Part shown: in pieces, positions 15,588-25,779 of the stretch | Position numbering within the stretch: the first letter of the stretch is position 1 | How the letters are laid out: each line of letters begins with the position of its first letter | Assembly: GCF_008298015.1 (NCBI RefSeq) | Contig: NZ_VTPX01000003.1 | Coordinates: 36,290 to 68,289, forward strand | DNA: 32,000 bases | Source: Salinicola corii | GTDB lineage: Bacteria > Pseudomonadota > Gammaproteobacteria > Pseudomonadales > Halomonadaceae | Direction: 5' to 3' | The notes under the pieces: generated by a model | Databases searched by the model: none | Told to the model about the DNA's origin: nothing | The model's input: the letters and a program-made list of their open reading frames with translations, nothing else | Made by a program: the position numbers and the translations under genes

Positions 15588-17648
15588 TCATTGCCTTTTG
15601 GAGAACAGATTGCGGTATAGCCGGTAGAGGCGGACTCGGAGCGGCAATCCCGAGCGCCGATCACGCTGTTGCTGCATCAACTCGGTGGCGGTATCGGCGT
15701 TGCAGAACTCGCCGGTGACCGGGTCGACGTAGGTTGGATACAGTAGCAGAGCGCCTGCGACCAGGGCATCGAGGGTTAGCTGCCGCTGACGCCGCGGGGA
15801 GGATAACCGGTCGCGGGTCAGTCCCCAACCGGCATAGAACGGCAGGCCGTAGGTGTGCACTTCCACGCCGCGCATCAGACCCTCGAAGCCGGTCAACGAG
15901 CACATGGTATGGATCTCGTCGGCCAGCTCGATCAGGTCGATGATGTCGCAGTCGACCAGTTCGAGGTCGTAGAGCGTTCGCGCCGTCTTGTCGAGCAGGC
16001 CAAGCCGGGCGCCCGAGACCACGTCGGGATGCGGCTTGTAGATAACGAAGGCGTCGGGCCGATTCTGCCTAACGGCCTCGAGCAGCGCCTGGTTGGTCTT
16101 GATCTCGGGAGAGCCGTAGGCGATCGAGGCGTCGCTCTCGACCTGGCCGGGCACCAGCACGACCGGTCGTGAGCCGATTGCGTCCATCGGCAGCGAGGGT
16201 CGCGTCTTGCCTTGCACGTTGTACTTCGAGAGCTTGAGCTCGGTGAGACGTTGGCGCAGGCGCCCGGCGCGGGCCAGCAGAGTCGGTTCGAAGTCCGTCT
16301 CGGTGAGCAGTCGTTCGAGATCGCTTTCGTGATCGGCGTCGTAATAGAGTCCGCGGGAGTCGAAGGCCAACGACAGTGGCCGGATCAGATCGACTCCCAG
16401 CCCGACCGAACGCACGAAACCATCCTCCATCCGCCACAGCTCGAGTCCGTGCTGGCGGCATAGCGCCTTGATCTTGTCGGTAGCCTTTTGCCCCCACACC
16501 ACCAGGCTGTCGCGGCCTTCGAGTTCATGGGGCCGCGGGTGATCGCCCGGAATGAAGCGCACGCTGGAGGCCGGACCGAGAAAATCGGTAATGAAGGCAC
16601 GCTTCCAACTGGAAAATCCGACGGCCAGCCAACGTCCCGCCAGTCGATCCCGTTGACGCTTCTGGTCGGCGATCAGGTCGATCGTCGCCTCGAGCGTCGA
16701 CACCTGCCCGGTGTAGGGGTTGGCGTAGCGGCAATAGCGCAGATAGGCCGCGGCGAACAGTTCCAAAAGCGTGCGCTCGCGCTGGCGGCGTTCGCAGCGC
16801 AGTGCATCCCGAGTCAGGCCCCAGCCGGCATAGAACGGCATGCCGAAGCAGTGCACCGGCTTTTCCGCCATCAGCGCCTCGAATCCCAGTTGGCTGGTGA
16901 CCACGTAGACCGCGTCGGCGGCGTCGATCAGCGCCCACGGATTGATATCGTTACCGATTAGCCGGCAGCGCGGATGCGCCGAGGCGCGGGTCAGGTAGCC
17001 CTGCTTGCGTCCGGCGATGACGTCGGGATGGGTCTTGATCAGAATTTCGGCATTGGGGTGATCGTCGATCGCGTTTGCCAGCATGCGCTGGAACGAACCG
17101 GCGTCGGCCATGCCATGGGTAATCGAGGCGTCGTCACGCGTCTGGTCGATGACCAGGACGCGGGGCCGGTCGGCGGGCTCGAGCGGCCGATCCGGGGCGT
17201 GGTTGTACTTCGACAGCCGCAATCGACGCAAGCGCTGCATGGCTTGGTCGGCGCGTGCCAACTCATCCGTGCCGAAGGTCGCCTCGGCGAGAAGCGTCTC
17301 CAGGTCCGAGGGCCGGGTCGCATCGTAGTAGATGCCGCTGTAGTCCACGACCAGGCTATGGGGCTGGGAGTAGTTGACGCCCAATCCCAGTGAACGCAGG
17401 AACCCGTCCTCGATGGCGATGTAGGGCAGGCCCCGGCGTGTGGCCAGGCGACGTGCCTGTTTCGACGTCGGCTTCAGGCCCCAGCCGAGAATGGCGTCGA
17501 CGGGCTGGCGGCTACCGGGCTTGAGGCGAACCTGACGCGAGTACTCCGGCAGCAGACAGCGGATGATGTTCCAGCGGGCCAGGCCCTTGGAGAGATAGCC
17601 GGCCACGCGATGGTAGGACGGTCGCAGGACTGTCGAATCGTTATGCAT
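15588..17648 (-). CDS. kpsC: KpsC-like two-module beta-Kdo transferase homologue
   Basis: 686 aa, colinear by eye with E. coli KpsC. An internal duplication is visible: IEDGFLRSLGLGV...GIYYDATRPSDLETLL / MEDGFVRSVGLGV...GLYYDADHESDLERLL; LSKYN twice; IKTHPDV / YKPHPDV; FYAGWGLTRD twice. Confidence 0.9.
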   Translation of the reverse strand: MHNDSTVLRPSYHRVAGYLSKGLARWNIIRCLLPEYSRQVRLKPGSRQPVDAILGWGLKPTSKQARRLATRRGLPYIAIEDGFLRSLGLGVNYSQPHSLVVDYSGIYYDATRPSDLETLLAEATFGTDELARADQAMQRLRRLRLSKYNHAPDRPLEPADRPRVLVIDQTRDDASITHGMADAGSFQRMLANAIDDHPNAEILIKTHPDVIAGRKQGYLTRASAHPRCRLIGNDINPWALIDAADAVYVVTSQLGFEALMAEKPVHCFGMPFYAGWGLTRDALRCERRQRERTLLELFAAAYLRYCRYANPYTGQVSTLEATIDLIADQKRQRDRLAGRWLAVGFSSWKRAFITDFLGPASSVRFIPGDHPRPHELEGRDSLVVWGQKATDKIKALCRQHGLELWRMEDGFVRSVGLGVDLIRPLSLAFDSRGLYYDADHESDLERLLTETDFEPTLLARAGRLRQRLTELKLSKYNVQGKTRPSLPMDAIGSRPVVLVPGQVESDASIAYGSPEIKTNQALLEAVRQNRPDAFVIYKPHPDVVSGARLGLLDKTARTLYDLELVDCDIIDLIELADEIHTMCSLTGFEGLMRGVEVHTYGLPFYAGWGLTRDRLSSPRRQRQLTLDALVAGALLLYPTYVDPVTGEFCNADTATELMQQQRDRRSGLPLRVRLYRLYRNLFSKRQ

Positions 17649-17895
17649 GGGTCACAGAAAGCGGGTGCGGTCCGTCGAGGAAATGTCATGTCACTGCCTT
17701 GGGCGCTGGCCCGACGCAACCGGCCCGAGTCCGGAGCGTGAGGCAATCTGGTGCGCAGTGTAACGCAAACCGCGGATCGAGGGCGCGTTTCGGCTGTATC
17801 GAATTGCTAAGCGCCGGGATTTTTCGTAATCATGTAATGCCCCCTGTTTTCTGCACACCCTACGCAGCTAATGCGGGATGTGCTCGGGGTGCCAC

Positions 17896-17980
17896 CTAGT
17901 CCAGAGACTGATGCGGCCGCTCTTCGTTGAAGTGAGTGTTGTGTTTTGAGTCAAGGAGCTTGAAAGTGCTTCTTACTGCG
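17896..17980 (-). pseudogene. Remnant of a transposase/integrase (rve core domain C-terminus)
   Basis: The minus-strand reading frame ends ...AVRSTFKLLDSKHNTHFNEERPHQSLD*. The (Y/F)NxxRPHxSL motif is the hallmark end of DDE/rve transposase catalytic domains (IS3/IS481-type). The upstream part of the 127-aa ORF has no transposase character and overlaps ligB, so only about 27 codons look genuine. Confidence 0.45.
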
Positions 17981-18124
17981 CTTCCCTCGATCGACCGAGC
18001 TCCTTTTTTGGGCCTGCAGCAGCATGGCCTCAGGATGGTTTGCGAGGGTTGATTGGTGGCGGTAATATGCGATTCTAGGCTGAGCGGCAGCCAGGGCAGG
18101 CAACCAACTGAATATGGCGGTGGT

Positions 18125-19897
<1,773 letters not shown>

Positions 19898-19971
19898 TCA
19901 ACGACCGCTCGGCGATTTTCTTGATCCGCGGGACGCGGCAGGAGTGAGGGACGAGTCGACACCAGACGACG

Positions 19972-20027
19972 AAGCCCCGCGAGACGAACCGACTTCACCG
20001 AGTCGGGGATTCGATATCGCGGGGCTT
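19972..20027. repeat. Nested inverted repeat between prc and ligB (possible prc terminator or REP-like element)
   Basis: Outer 11-bp perfect stem AAGCCCCGCGA (19972-19982) / TCGCGGGGCTT (20017-20027). Inner 6-bp stem CCGACT (19989-19994) / AGTCGG (20001-20006). It begins 53 nt downstream of the prc stop. There is no U-tract on the minus-strand transcript. Confidence 0.45.
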
Positions 20028-20079
20028 TGTCGTTTCAGGACCCGGGATCGCCTGGCCCCATTGGGCCAGAGCGCGACGG

Positions 20080-22200
20080 TCAGCCCTTGGAGATCAGCTT
20101 CACGTAGTCCAGCAGGATCTGGGAGGTCTCCTGCAGTTCGGCGCGGTCGATGGGCTTGGCGTCATCCGAATCGGGCACTTCGTCTTCACCGCCATCCTGA
20201 CCCTCGTCGTTGCCCTGGGCATCGGCATTGTCCTGGCCCGTGCCGTCGTTCCGATCCCTGGCTTCGGTCCAGTCATCGAGCGGCTCCATGCCTAGCGAGC
20301 GCCGTCGCTGGTTCTCCAGCGCCAGCTGCTCGGCTTCCTGGGCATCCATTTCACGCTGACGCTGCTCCCTGTTGAGGCTGATGCTGGTCTGCTGCTCGCG
20401 TAGTCGCTTGCTCAGCTGCGCCTGCTTTTCCAGATAGACGAAATCGGGATCATTGGCGATGCGCTGCTCGTGACGATCCTGCAGTGCCTCGAGATAGCGC
20501 CAGGGCTCGCCGTAAAGGCGATATTGCACCGGCCGGACCCGATCCCAGGGCAGGGCGTTGTCGAGAGCGCTTTCGCCGATCTCGTCCGGATCGATCAGGC
20601 TCGGATAGATGATGTCCGGCTCGACGCCGCGGTGCTGTGTGCTCTCGCCCGAAATGCGATAGAACTTGGCCCGGGTCAGCTTGATCTGCCCATGGCTGAG
20701 GTCGGTCAGTGTCTGCACGGTACCTTTGCCGAAAGTCCGGGTTCCGACGACCAGGCCTCGGCCGTAGTCCTGAATCGCGCCGGCAAAGATCTCCGAGGCG
20801 GAAGCGGATAGCCGATTGACCAGGACGGCGAGGGGGCCATCGTAGGCGACGCCGGTATCGGTGTCTCCGTAGAGGTTGATGCGGCCGCGGGCATCGCGTA
20901 CCTGGACGGTCGGACCGCGATCGATGAACAGCCCGATCATCGAGTTGGCTTCCTGCAGGGCGCCGCCACCGTCGTTGCGCAGGTCGAGCACGATGCCTTC
21001 GACGTGTTCGGCCTTGAGTTTGTCGATCTCCTTGGCCACGTCGCGGGTCGTGCTGCGGTAGTCGGATTCCCCGGCCTGCCAGGCATCGAAGTCGACGTAG
21101 AAGGCCGGCACGGTGATGATGCCGATCTTGTGCGTTTCGCCGCCACGCTGAATCTCCTCGACCCGACTATGAGCGGCCTGATCCTCGAGCTTGACGGTAT
21201 CCCGGGTGATTTTGACGGTATGGGTCCGGGTCACGTCGACGGCCTTGGCGGGAATGATCTCTAGCCTCACCGTCGAGCCTTTCGGTCCGCGAATCAGGTC
21301 GACCACTTCATCGAGACGCATGCCGACCACATTGACCAGCTCGCCGTCCTCGTCCTGACCCACGGCCACGATACGATCCGCCGGCTGCAGCACGCCGGCC
21401 TTGTCCGCTGGCCCGCCGGGAACCAGACTCGACACTTTGACGTACTCGCCGTCGCTCTGCAGCAGCGCGCCGATGCCTTCCAGCGAGAGGCGCATCTGGA
21501 TATCAAAGGACTCGCTCTGCTGCGGCGAGAAGTATTCGGTATGCGGATCCACCGTGCCGGTCACCGCCGACATCAGCAGCACCAGGACGTCTTCGGCATT
21601 GGTCTGGCGCACGCGGTTGAGCTGGTTGGCGTAGCGGTCGTGGAGTGTCTTCTGGATCTCCTCCGGAGTCTGATCGCTCAGCGACAGCGTCAACGCGGCG
21701 TTCTCCAGACGCTTGTTCCAGAGGTCGTCCAGCGCGCTCTCGCTGCCTGCCCAGGAGGAGTCCTCGCGATCCAGCGCCAGACGTTCGTTGCTGGTGTAGT
21801 CGTAGTCGATGCCACGGTCGACCTTGTCCACCAGCCACTGGAGCCGTGCCTCCACGCGATCCTGATAGCGTGAATAGAATGCATAGACGCGGTCCAGGTC
21901 GCCTGACTTGATGGCGTCATCGAGCGACGTGTCCAGATCGTTGAAATTATCCACGTCGCGCTGCAGCAGGTAGGCCCGCTGGTCGTCCAGCACATCGAGC
22001 AGACGCTGGAAGGCGCGTTTCGACCAGTCGTCGTCGAGGTCGACTCCCGAGTAGGAGCCGTACTGCAGTGACTCGGCGACTTCGCTCGCCGCCTGGCGCT
22101 GATCGTTGGTTGGGGTGGGACCGGCCAGCGCCGTGACGCTCCATGCCAGCAGTAGCAAACACATGGCCGCGTGCCGAGCGGCGACAGTCAGGGTCATCAA
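20080..22200 (-). CDS. prc: Carboxy-terminal processing (tail-specific) protease, S41 family
   Basis: 706 aa. Signal peptide (AAMCLLLLAWSVTALAG), PDZ segment (GIGALLQSDGEYVKVSSLVPGGPADKAG), S41 catalytic region (VLVNRLSASASEIFAGAIQDYGRGLVVGTRTFGKGTVQ). Start is either TTG at 22200 or the adjacent ATG at 22197; GGGAG lies 7-10 nt upstream. Confidence 0.92.
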   Translation of the reverse strand: MMTLTVAARHAAMCLLLLAWSVTALAGPTPTNDQRQAASEVAESLQYGSYSGVDLDDDWSKRAFQRLLDVLDDQRAYLLQRDVDNFNDLDTSLDDAIKSGDLDRVYAFYSRYQDRVEARLQWLVDKVDRGIDYDYTSNERLALDREDSSWAGSESALDDLWNKRLENAALTLSLSDQTPEEIQKTLHDRYANQLNRVRQTNAEDVLVLLMSAVTGTVDPHTEYFSPQQSESFDIQMRLSLEGIGALLQSDGEYVKVSSLVPGGPADKAGVLQPADRIVAVGQDEDGELVNVVGMRLDEVVDLIRGPKGSTVRLEIIPAKAVDVTRTHTVKITRDTVKLEDQAAHSRVEEIQRGGETHKIGIITVPAFYVDFDAWQAGESDYRSTTRDVAKEIDKLKAEHVEGIVLDLRNDGGGALQEANSMIGLFIDRGPTVQVRDARGRINLYGDTDTGVAYDGPLAVLVNRLSASASEIFAGAIQDYGRGLVVGTRTFGKGTVQTLTDLSHGQIKLTRAKFYRISGESTQHRGVEPDIIYPSLIDPDEIGESALDNALPWDRVRPVQYRLYGEPWRYLEALQDRHEQRIANDPDFVYLEKQAQLSKRLREQQTSISLNREQRQREMDAQEAEQLALENQRRRSLGMEPLDDWTEARDRNDGTGQDNADAQGNDEGQDGGEDEVPDSDDAKPIDRAELQETSQILLDYVKLISKG

Positions 22201-22329
22201 TGAAGCACTCCCGGTTTCCTGTACACTCTCTATTCCCTAGAAGACCACCGGATCCATGAATCTTTTTCAGGTCCGGGCCTATTGTAGCAGCCAGTCCGCA
22301 TGACTACAGACCGACATCCGAGGAAACCC

Positions 22330-23646
22330 ATGTCAGACCACGCCGCCGACAAGGCTCTCGAAGATCGCTTGATCGATTTTCTCCAGCGCTCACCCTCTCC
22401 CTGGCACGCCACTGCGAATCTCGTGACCATGCTGGAGGCGGCAGGATATCGGCCGCTCAAGGAAACTGACAGCTGGAAGTTGTCCCCGGGCGAAAAATAT
22501 TACGTGACGCGCAACGATAGTGCCTTGATCGCGTTTCAGCTACCGGCATCGTCTCTCGAGACCCTGCGCATGGTGGGGGCTCACACCGATAGTCCGGCCT
22601 TGCGTCTCAAACCGCAACCGGCGATTGTCAACAAGGGCTGGCTGCAGTTGGGCGTTCAGGTCTACGGCGGCGCGCTGCTGGCGCCCTGGTTCGATCGTGA
22701 CCTGGGGCTTGCCGGGCGCGTCCACGTCCGCCGTGCCGACGGGAGGCTTCAGGCAGTCCTGCTCAACGTGAAGGAGCCGGTGGCGATCATACCCAGCCTG
22801 GCGATTCACATGGATCGCGAAGCCAACAACGGCCGGCCGCTGAACCCGCAGACGCAGATGGCGCCGCTGTTGATGCAGGGCGGCGATGCCCCCGACCTCG
22901 ATCGCCTGCTGAAACAGTGGATCGAGCGAGAACACGATCTCGAGGTGGCGGACATCGTCGATTTCGAGCTGGGGTTCTATGATGTTCAGCCGCCTTCGCG
23001 GGTCGGTGTCGGCGGCGAGATGATCGCCAGTGCGCGGCTGGACAACCTGCTTTCCTGTTTCATCGGGATCGAGGCTTTGCTGTCGGCCGATGGGCAGCAG
23101 GGCGCGTTGTTCGTGGCCAATGATCATGAGGAAGTCGGCAGTGCCAGTGCCTGTGGCGCCCAGGGACCATTTCTGGCCGACGTCCTGCGCCGACTCAACG
23201 CTGCGCTCGGCGAGGCGGGCGACGAGGGCTTCGTGCGATTGATCCAGCGCTCCCTGATGATCTCCTGTGATAATGCCCATGCCGTGCATCCCAATTTCGC
23301 GGACAAGCACGACGCCAATCACGGGCCAGCACTCAACGCCGGGCCGGTGATCAAGGTCAACGCCAGCCAGCGCTATGCAACCAACAGTACGACGGCGGCG
23401 CTGTTTCACGACCTTTGCCGAGAGGCGGATGTGCCCGTACAGCAGTTCGTGACGCGAGCGGACATGGGGTGCGGCAGCACCATCGGCCCGATTACCGCCA
23501 CGGAACTGGGCGTACCGACCATCGATGTGGGCGTACCGCAGTTCGGCATGCATTCGATTCGCGAGACGGCCGGTACCCGCGATCCGGCGTATCTGATCCG
23601 GGCGCTCACAGCGTTCTTCAATCGGCCGGCGCTGATGAACGATTGA
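22330..23646 (+). CDS. apeB: M18 family aminopeptidase (aspartyl aminopeptidase-like)
   Basis: ATG at 22330 with AGGA 5 nt upstream. [48 protein letters not shown] are M18 signatures. The ORF-track start at 22300 lacks an RBS. Confidence 0.9.
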   Translation: MSDHAADKALEDRLIDFLQRSPSPWHATANLVTMLEAAGYRPLKETDSWKLSPGEKYYVTRNDSALIAFQLPASSLETLRMVGAHTDSPALRLKPQPAIVNKGWLQLGVQVYGGALLAPWFDRDLGLAGRVHVRRADGRLQAVLLNVKEPVAIIPSLAIHMDREANNGRPLNPQTQMAPLLMQGGDAPDLDRLLKQWIEREHDLEVADIVDFELGFYDVQPPSRVGVGGEMIASARLDNLLSCFIGIEALLSADGQQGALFVANDHEEVGSASACGAQGPFLADVLRRLNAALGEAGDEGFVRLIQRSLMISCDNAHAVHPNFADKHDANHGPALNAGPVIKVNASQRYATNSTTAALFHDLCREADVPVQQFVTRADMGCGSTIGPITATELGVPTIDVGVPQFGMHSIRETAGTRDPAYLIRALTAFFNRPALMND

Positions 23647-23791
23647 TTTCGAGCCTGGAGGGGCGAGTGACGGCTCTCGGTGTCAGCCCGTTCCCGATGT
23701 TGGTGCTGAAGAGCCGACCTGAATCAGGGCCGAGCGCCGGCTCCCCACTGGCTTCCATGGCGTATTAAGGTCGCCGAAAGCGTTGTCAGGC

Positions 23792-24451
23792 TCATGACGT
23801 GAGGCAGGCAGCCGTTAAGGCCATGCCGGTTGCGGCTCGAGATGGCTCGACAACCGGCACGCCCAGGATCTGCGACAGCGAGTGCTGGAATTGCGGCATC
23901 CCAGCACATCCCAATATCAGCACATTGGCCTGATCCTCGTCGCGCAGTTGTCCTCCTATCTCGAGTAAGCGATCCCACGTTCTCTGCGTGTCTTGGAGCT
24001 CGGCCACATCGAGACCCAGCGCGCGTTCTCCGGCGAGGCGGGATGTGATACCCATCGCACCCCAGGTACGCCAGTGGCGTGCGATGGAAGTGGGTTGAAT
24101 GGCAATGACGCCGACCCGCTGGCCCTGAGTCAGTGCAGTCAACATGGCACTTTCACCAATACCGAGCACCGGCAGACTCGTCGCTTCCCTTGCCACGGCC
24201 AACCCCGGGTCGCTGAAACAGGCGATCACGAAAGCGCAGGCATTGGCCTCATTGGCCTGTATGAATGCTGTCAGTCGAGGAAGGACTTGGACGATATCCG
24301 CCTCGGTCTGAATGCCGGCGGGGGCGTCATGAAGCGTGTGGCTGGTAATGGGTGGCCCACCCGCCAGACGCAGAGGCTCCAGCGCGGCATCGATACCTCG
24401 CGTCACGTCGACGGATGAATTTGGGTTGATGACGCAAATACTGCGGGGCAT
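23792..24451 (-). CDS. Asp/Glu/hydantoin racemase family protein (hydantoin racemase-like)
   Basis: 219 aa. ICVINPNSS start and two catalytic-Cys contexts (VIACFSDPGL and LILGCAGMP) typical of hydantoin racemases. Divergent from a LysR gene and adjacent to hydantoinase and carbamoylase genes. Confidence 0.82.
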   Translation of the reverse strand: MPRSICVINPNSSVDVTRGIDAALEPLRLAGGPPITSHTLHDAPAGIQTEADIVQVLPRLTAFIQANEANACAFVIACFSDPGLAVAREATSLPVLGIGESAMLTALTQGQRVGVIAIQPTSIARHWRTWGAMGITSRLAGERALGLDVAELQDTQRTWDRLLEIGGQLRDEDQANVLILGCAGMPQFQHSLSQILGVPVVEPSRAATGMALTAACLTS

Positions 24452-24534
24452 GGCAGGCGCTCTCCCTATGAAGCTTGACCGACAGTCTACCGTGCGTTGG
24501 GGTATGGCGTGATTGACGATATGGGGATGGTACT

Positions 24535-24593
24535 TAACATGAGGTTATGGTTTTTGGCGTGGTTATTGCTTGATGACCCTTAACATCATGTTA
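24535..24593. promoter_or_regulatory. Two LysR-type T-N11-A boxes (TAAC-N5-GTTA) in the racemase/lysR divergent intergenic region
   Basis: TAACATGAGGTTA (24535-24547) and TAACATCATGTTA (24581-24593) each have a perfect TAAC/GTTA dyad and fit T-N11-A. Centres are 46 bp apart. The second lies 26 nt upstream of the lysR ATG. Confidence 0.55.
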
Positions 24594-24618
24594 TTGGTCA
24601 TGCAGGGGGGCGACCGAC

Positions 24619-25518
24619 ATGGCACTCAACCTCCGTCAAATCGAGGTGTTTCGCGCCGTCATGATCGCCGGGTCGATCAGCGGTGCCTCGCAGCTTCTGA
24701 TGATTTCACAGCCCGCGGTAAGTCGAATGCTTTCCTACAGCGAGCAGCGAATCGGGTTTCGACTCTTCGAGCGGATCAAAGGGCGGCTATATCCCTCGCC
24801 CGAAGCGCGTCGACTGTTCCGTGATGTCGAACACGTATACCGTGACGTCCAGCGCGTCAACGCCACTGTTAGTGATCTGGTGCAGCGTCGCCATGGCGTG
24901 GTTCGCCTCGTATGCAGTCCAAGCCTTGGTCATCAGCTGGTACCGCAGGCGATAGCGGCCTTTCGGTACCATCATCCACAGGTCCGCGTCAGTCTGGAGT
25001 GCACCCGCAACATGACATTGCGGGACCGGTTGCTCGACCACCAGGCTGATCTCGGGATATCCCTCTTTCCCGTCGATCACCCTAATCTCGAGATATCACC
25101 GCTGTTCGAGACGCGACTGGTGGGTATCTGTCACCGAGAGCATCCGCTCGCCGCCGAGGAAGTGTTGAACGTCGAGACGCTCTCCCAGCATGCGCTGATT
25201 GGCTATGGCGTCGATACGCCCTTTGGTCGATTGGTGCAGCAGCTTCATGACAGCCATGGAATGGTGTACCAGCCGGCGATCGAGGTCGACTCCCCGCACT
25301 ATGCTTGCGGGCTGGTTCGAAGTGGCGCCGGTATCGCCTTGGTCGACGAGTTCTCGCTACACAGTGACGTCTCCAATGCGCTTTGCGCACTGCCTCTCTC
25401 CTACACGCAGACGCTCGAGGTCAGTCTGGTTCACCCGCTTAGCGAACCGCTATCGCAACTGGCGCGAGTGTTCATCGAAGAACTCAATGAGGTGTTTCGG
25501 CATCGCTTCTTCGCTTAG
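24619..25518 (+). CDS. LysR family transcriptional regulator
   Basis: 299 aa. N-terminal wHTH LRQIEVFRAVMIAGSISGASQLLMISQPAVSRMLSYSEQRIGFRLFER, plus a C-terminal substrate-binding domain. Divergent from the racemase gene. Confidence 0.92.
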   Translation: MALNLRQIEVFRAVMIAGSISGASQLLMISQPAVSRMLSYSEQRIGFRLFERIKGRLYPSPEARRLFRDVEHVYRDVQRVNATVSDLVQRRHGVVRLVCSPSLGHQLVPQAIAAFRYHHPQVRVSLECTRNMTLRDRLLDHQADLGISLFPVDHPNLEISPLFETRLVGICHREHPLAAEEVLNVETLSQHALIGYGVDTPFGRLVQQLHDSHGMVYQPAIEVDSPHYACGLVRSGAGIALVDEFSLHSDVSNALCALPLSYTQTLEVSLVHPLSEPLSQLARVFIEELNEVFRHRFFA

Positions 25519-25562
25519 GGGGCATATGAAGCCAGCCGAGATCTCTATCGACGCTCTACATT

Positions 25563-25575
25563 TAACAAAATGTTA
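25563..25575. promoter_or_regulatory. Third TAAC-N5-GTTA (T-N11-A) box upstream of the hydantoinase operon
   Basis: TAACAAAATGTTA (25563-25575), within the longer perfect palindrome TTAACAAAATGTTAA (25562-25576). Same dyad arms as the two boxes at 24535-24593. Confidence 0.5.
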
Positions 25576-25779
25576 ATGGGAGACGATAAAAAGGCATGTG
25601 ACATCAATATCTAATCCTCTCAAAATCTTTCCCAGGTTCGACGTTCGAACGATGCCTGACACCTGATCGGGACAGTAGGCGAGGCGTCATTCATCGAGGC
25701 CGCAGCCTGTTCATCAACGTCACCACGGCCCTTGCAGCTTCTCCGCTCTTCCAATAAAGCAACAATGACTGGAGCTGGT

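Noticed and set aside
15587-15664. Longer kpsS-like ORF starting at GTG 15664 and overlapping kpsC by 77 nt.
   Set aside because: Not excluded. However, the extra 26 residues (MIGARDCRSESASTGYTAICSPKGND) have no counterpart in KpsS. A TTG sits 1 nt after the kpsC stop and gives a KpsS-like length. The start is flagged as uncertain rather than resolved.
17649-17895. Search for an ops/JUMPstart element (GGCGGTAG) or a clear sigma70 promoter upstream of the kpsC-like gene.
   Set aside because: The motif was not found on either strand by eye, and no convincing -35/-10 pair was seen. The promoter is left uncalled.
22540-23553. 337-aa minus-strand ORF antisense to the M18 aminopeptidase gene.
   Set aside because: No recognisable family features. 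It is fully nested opposite a gene with clear M18 motifs.
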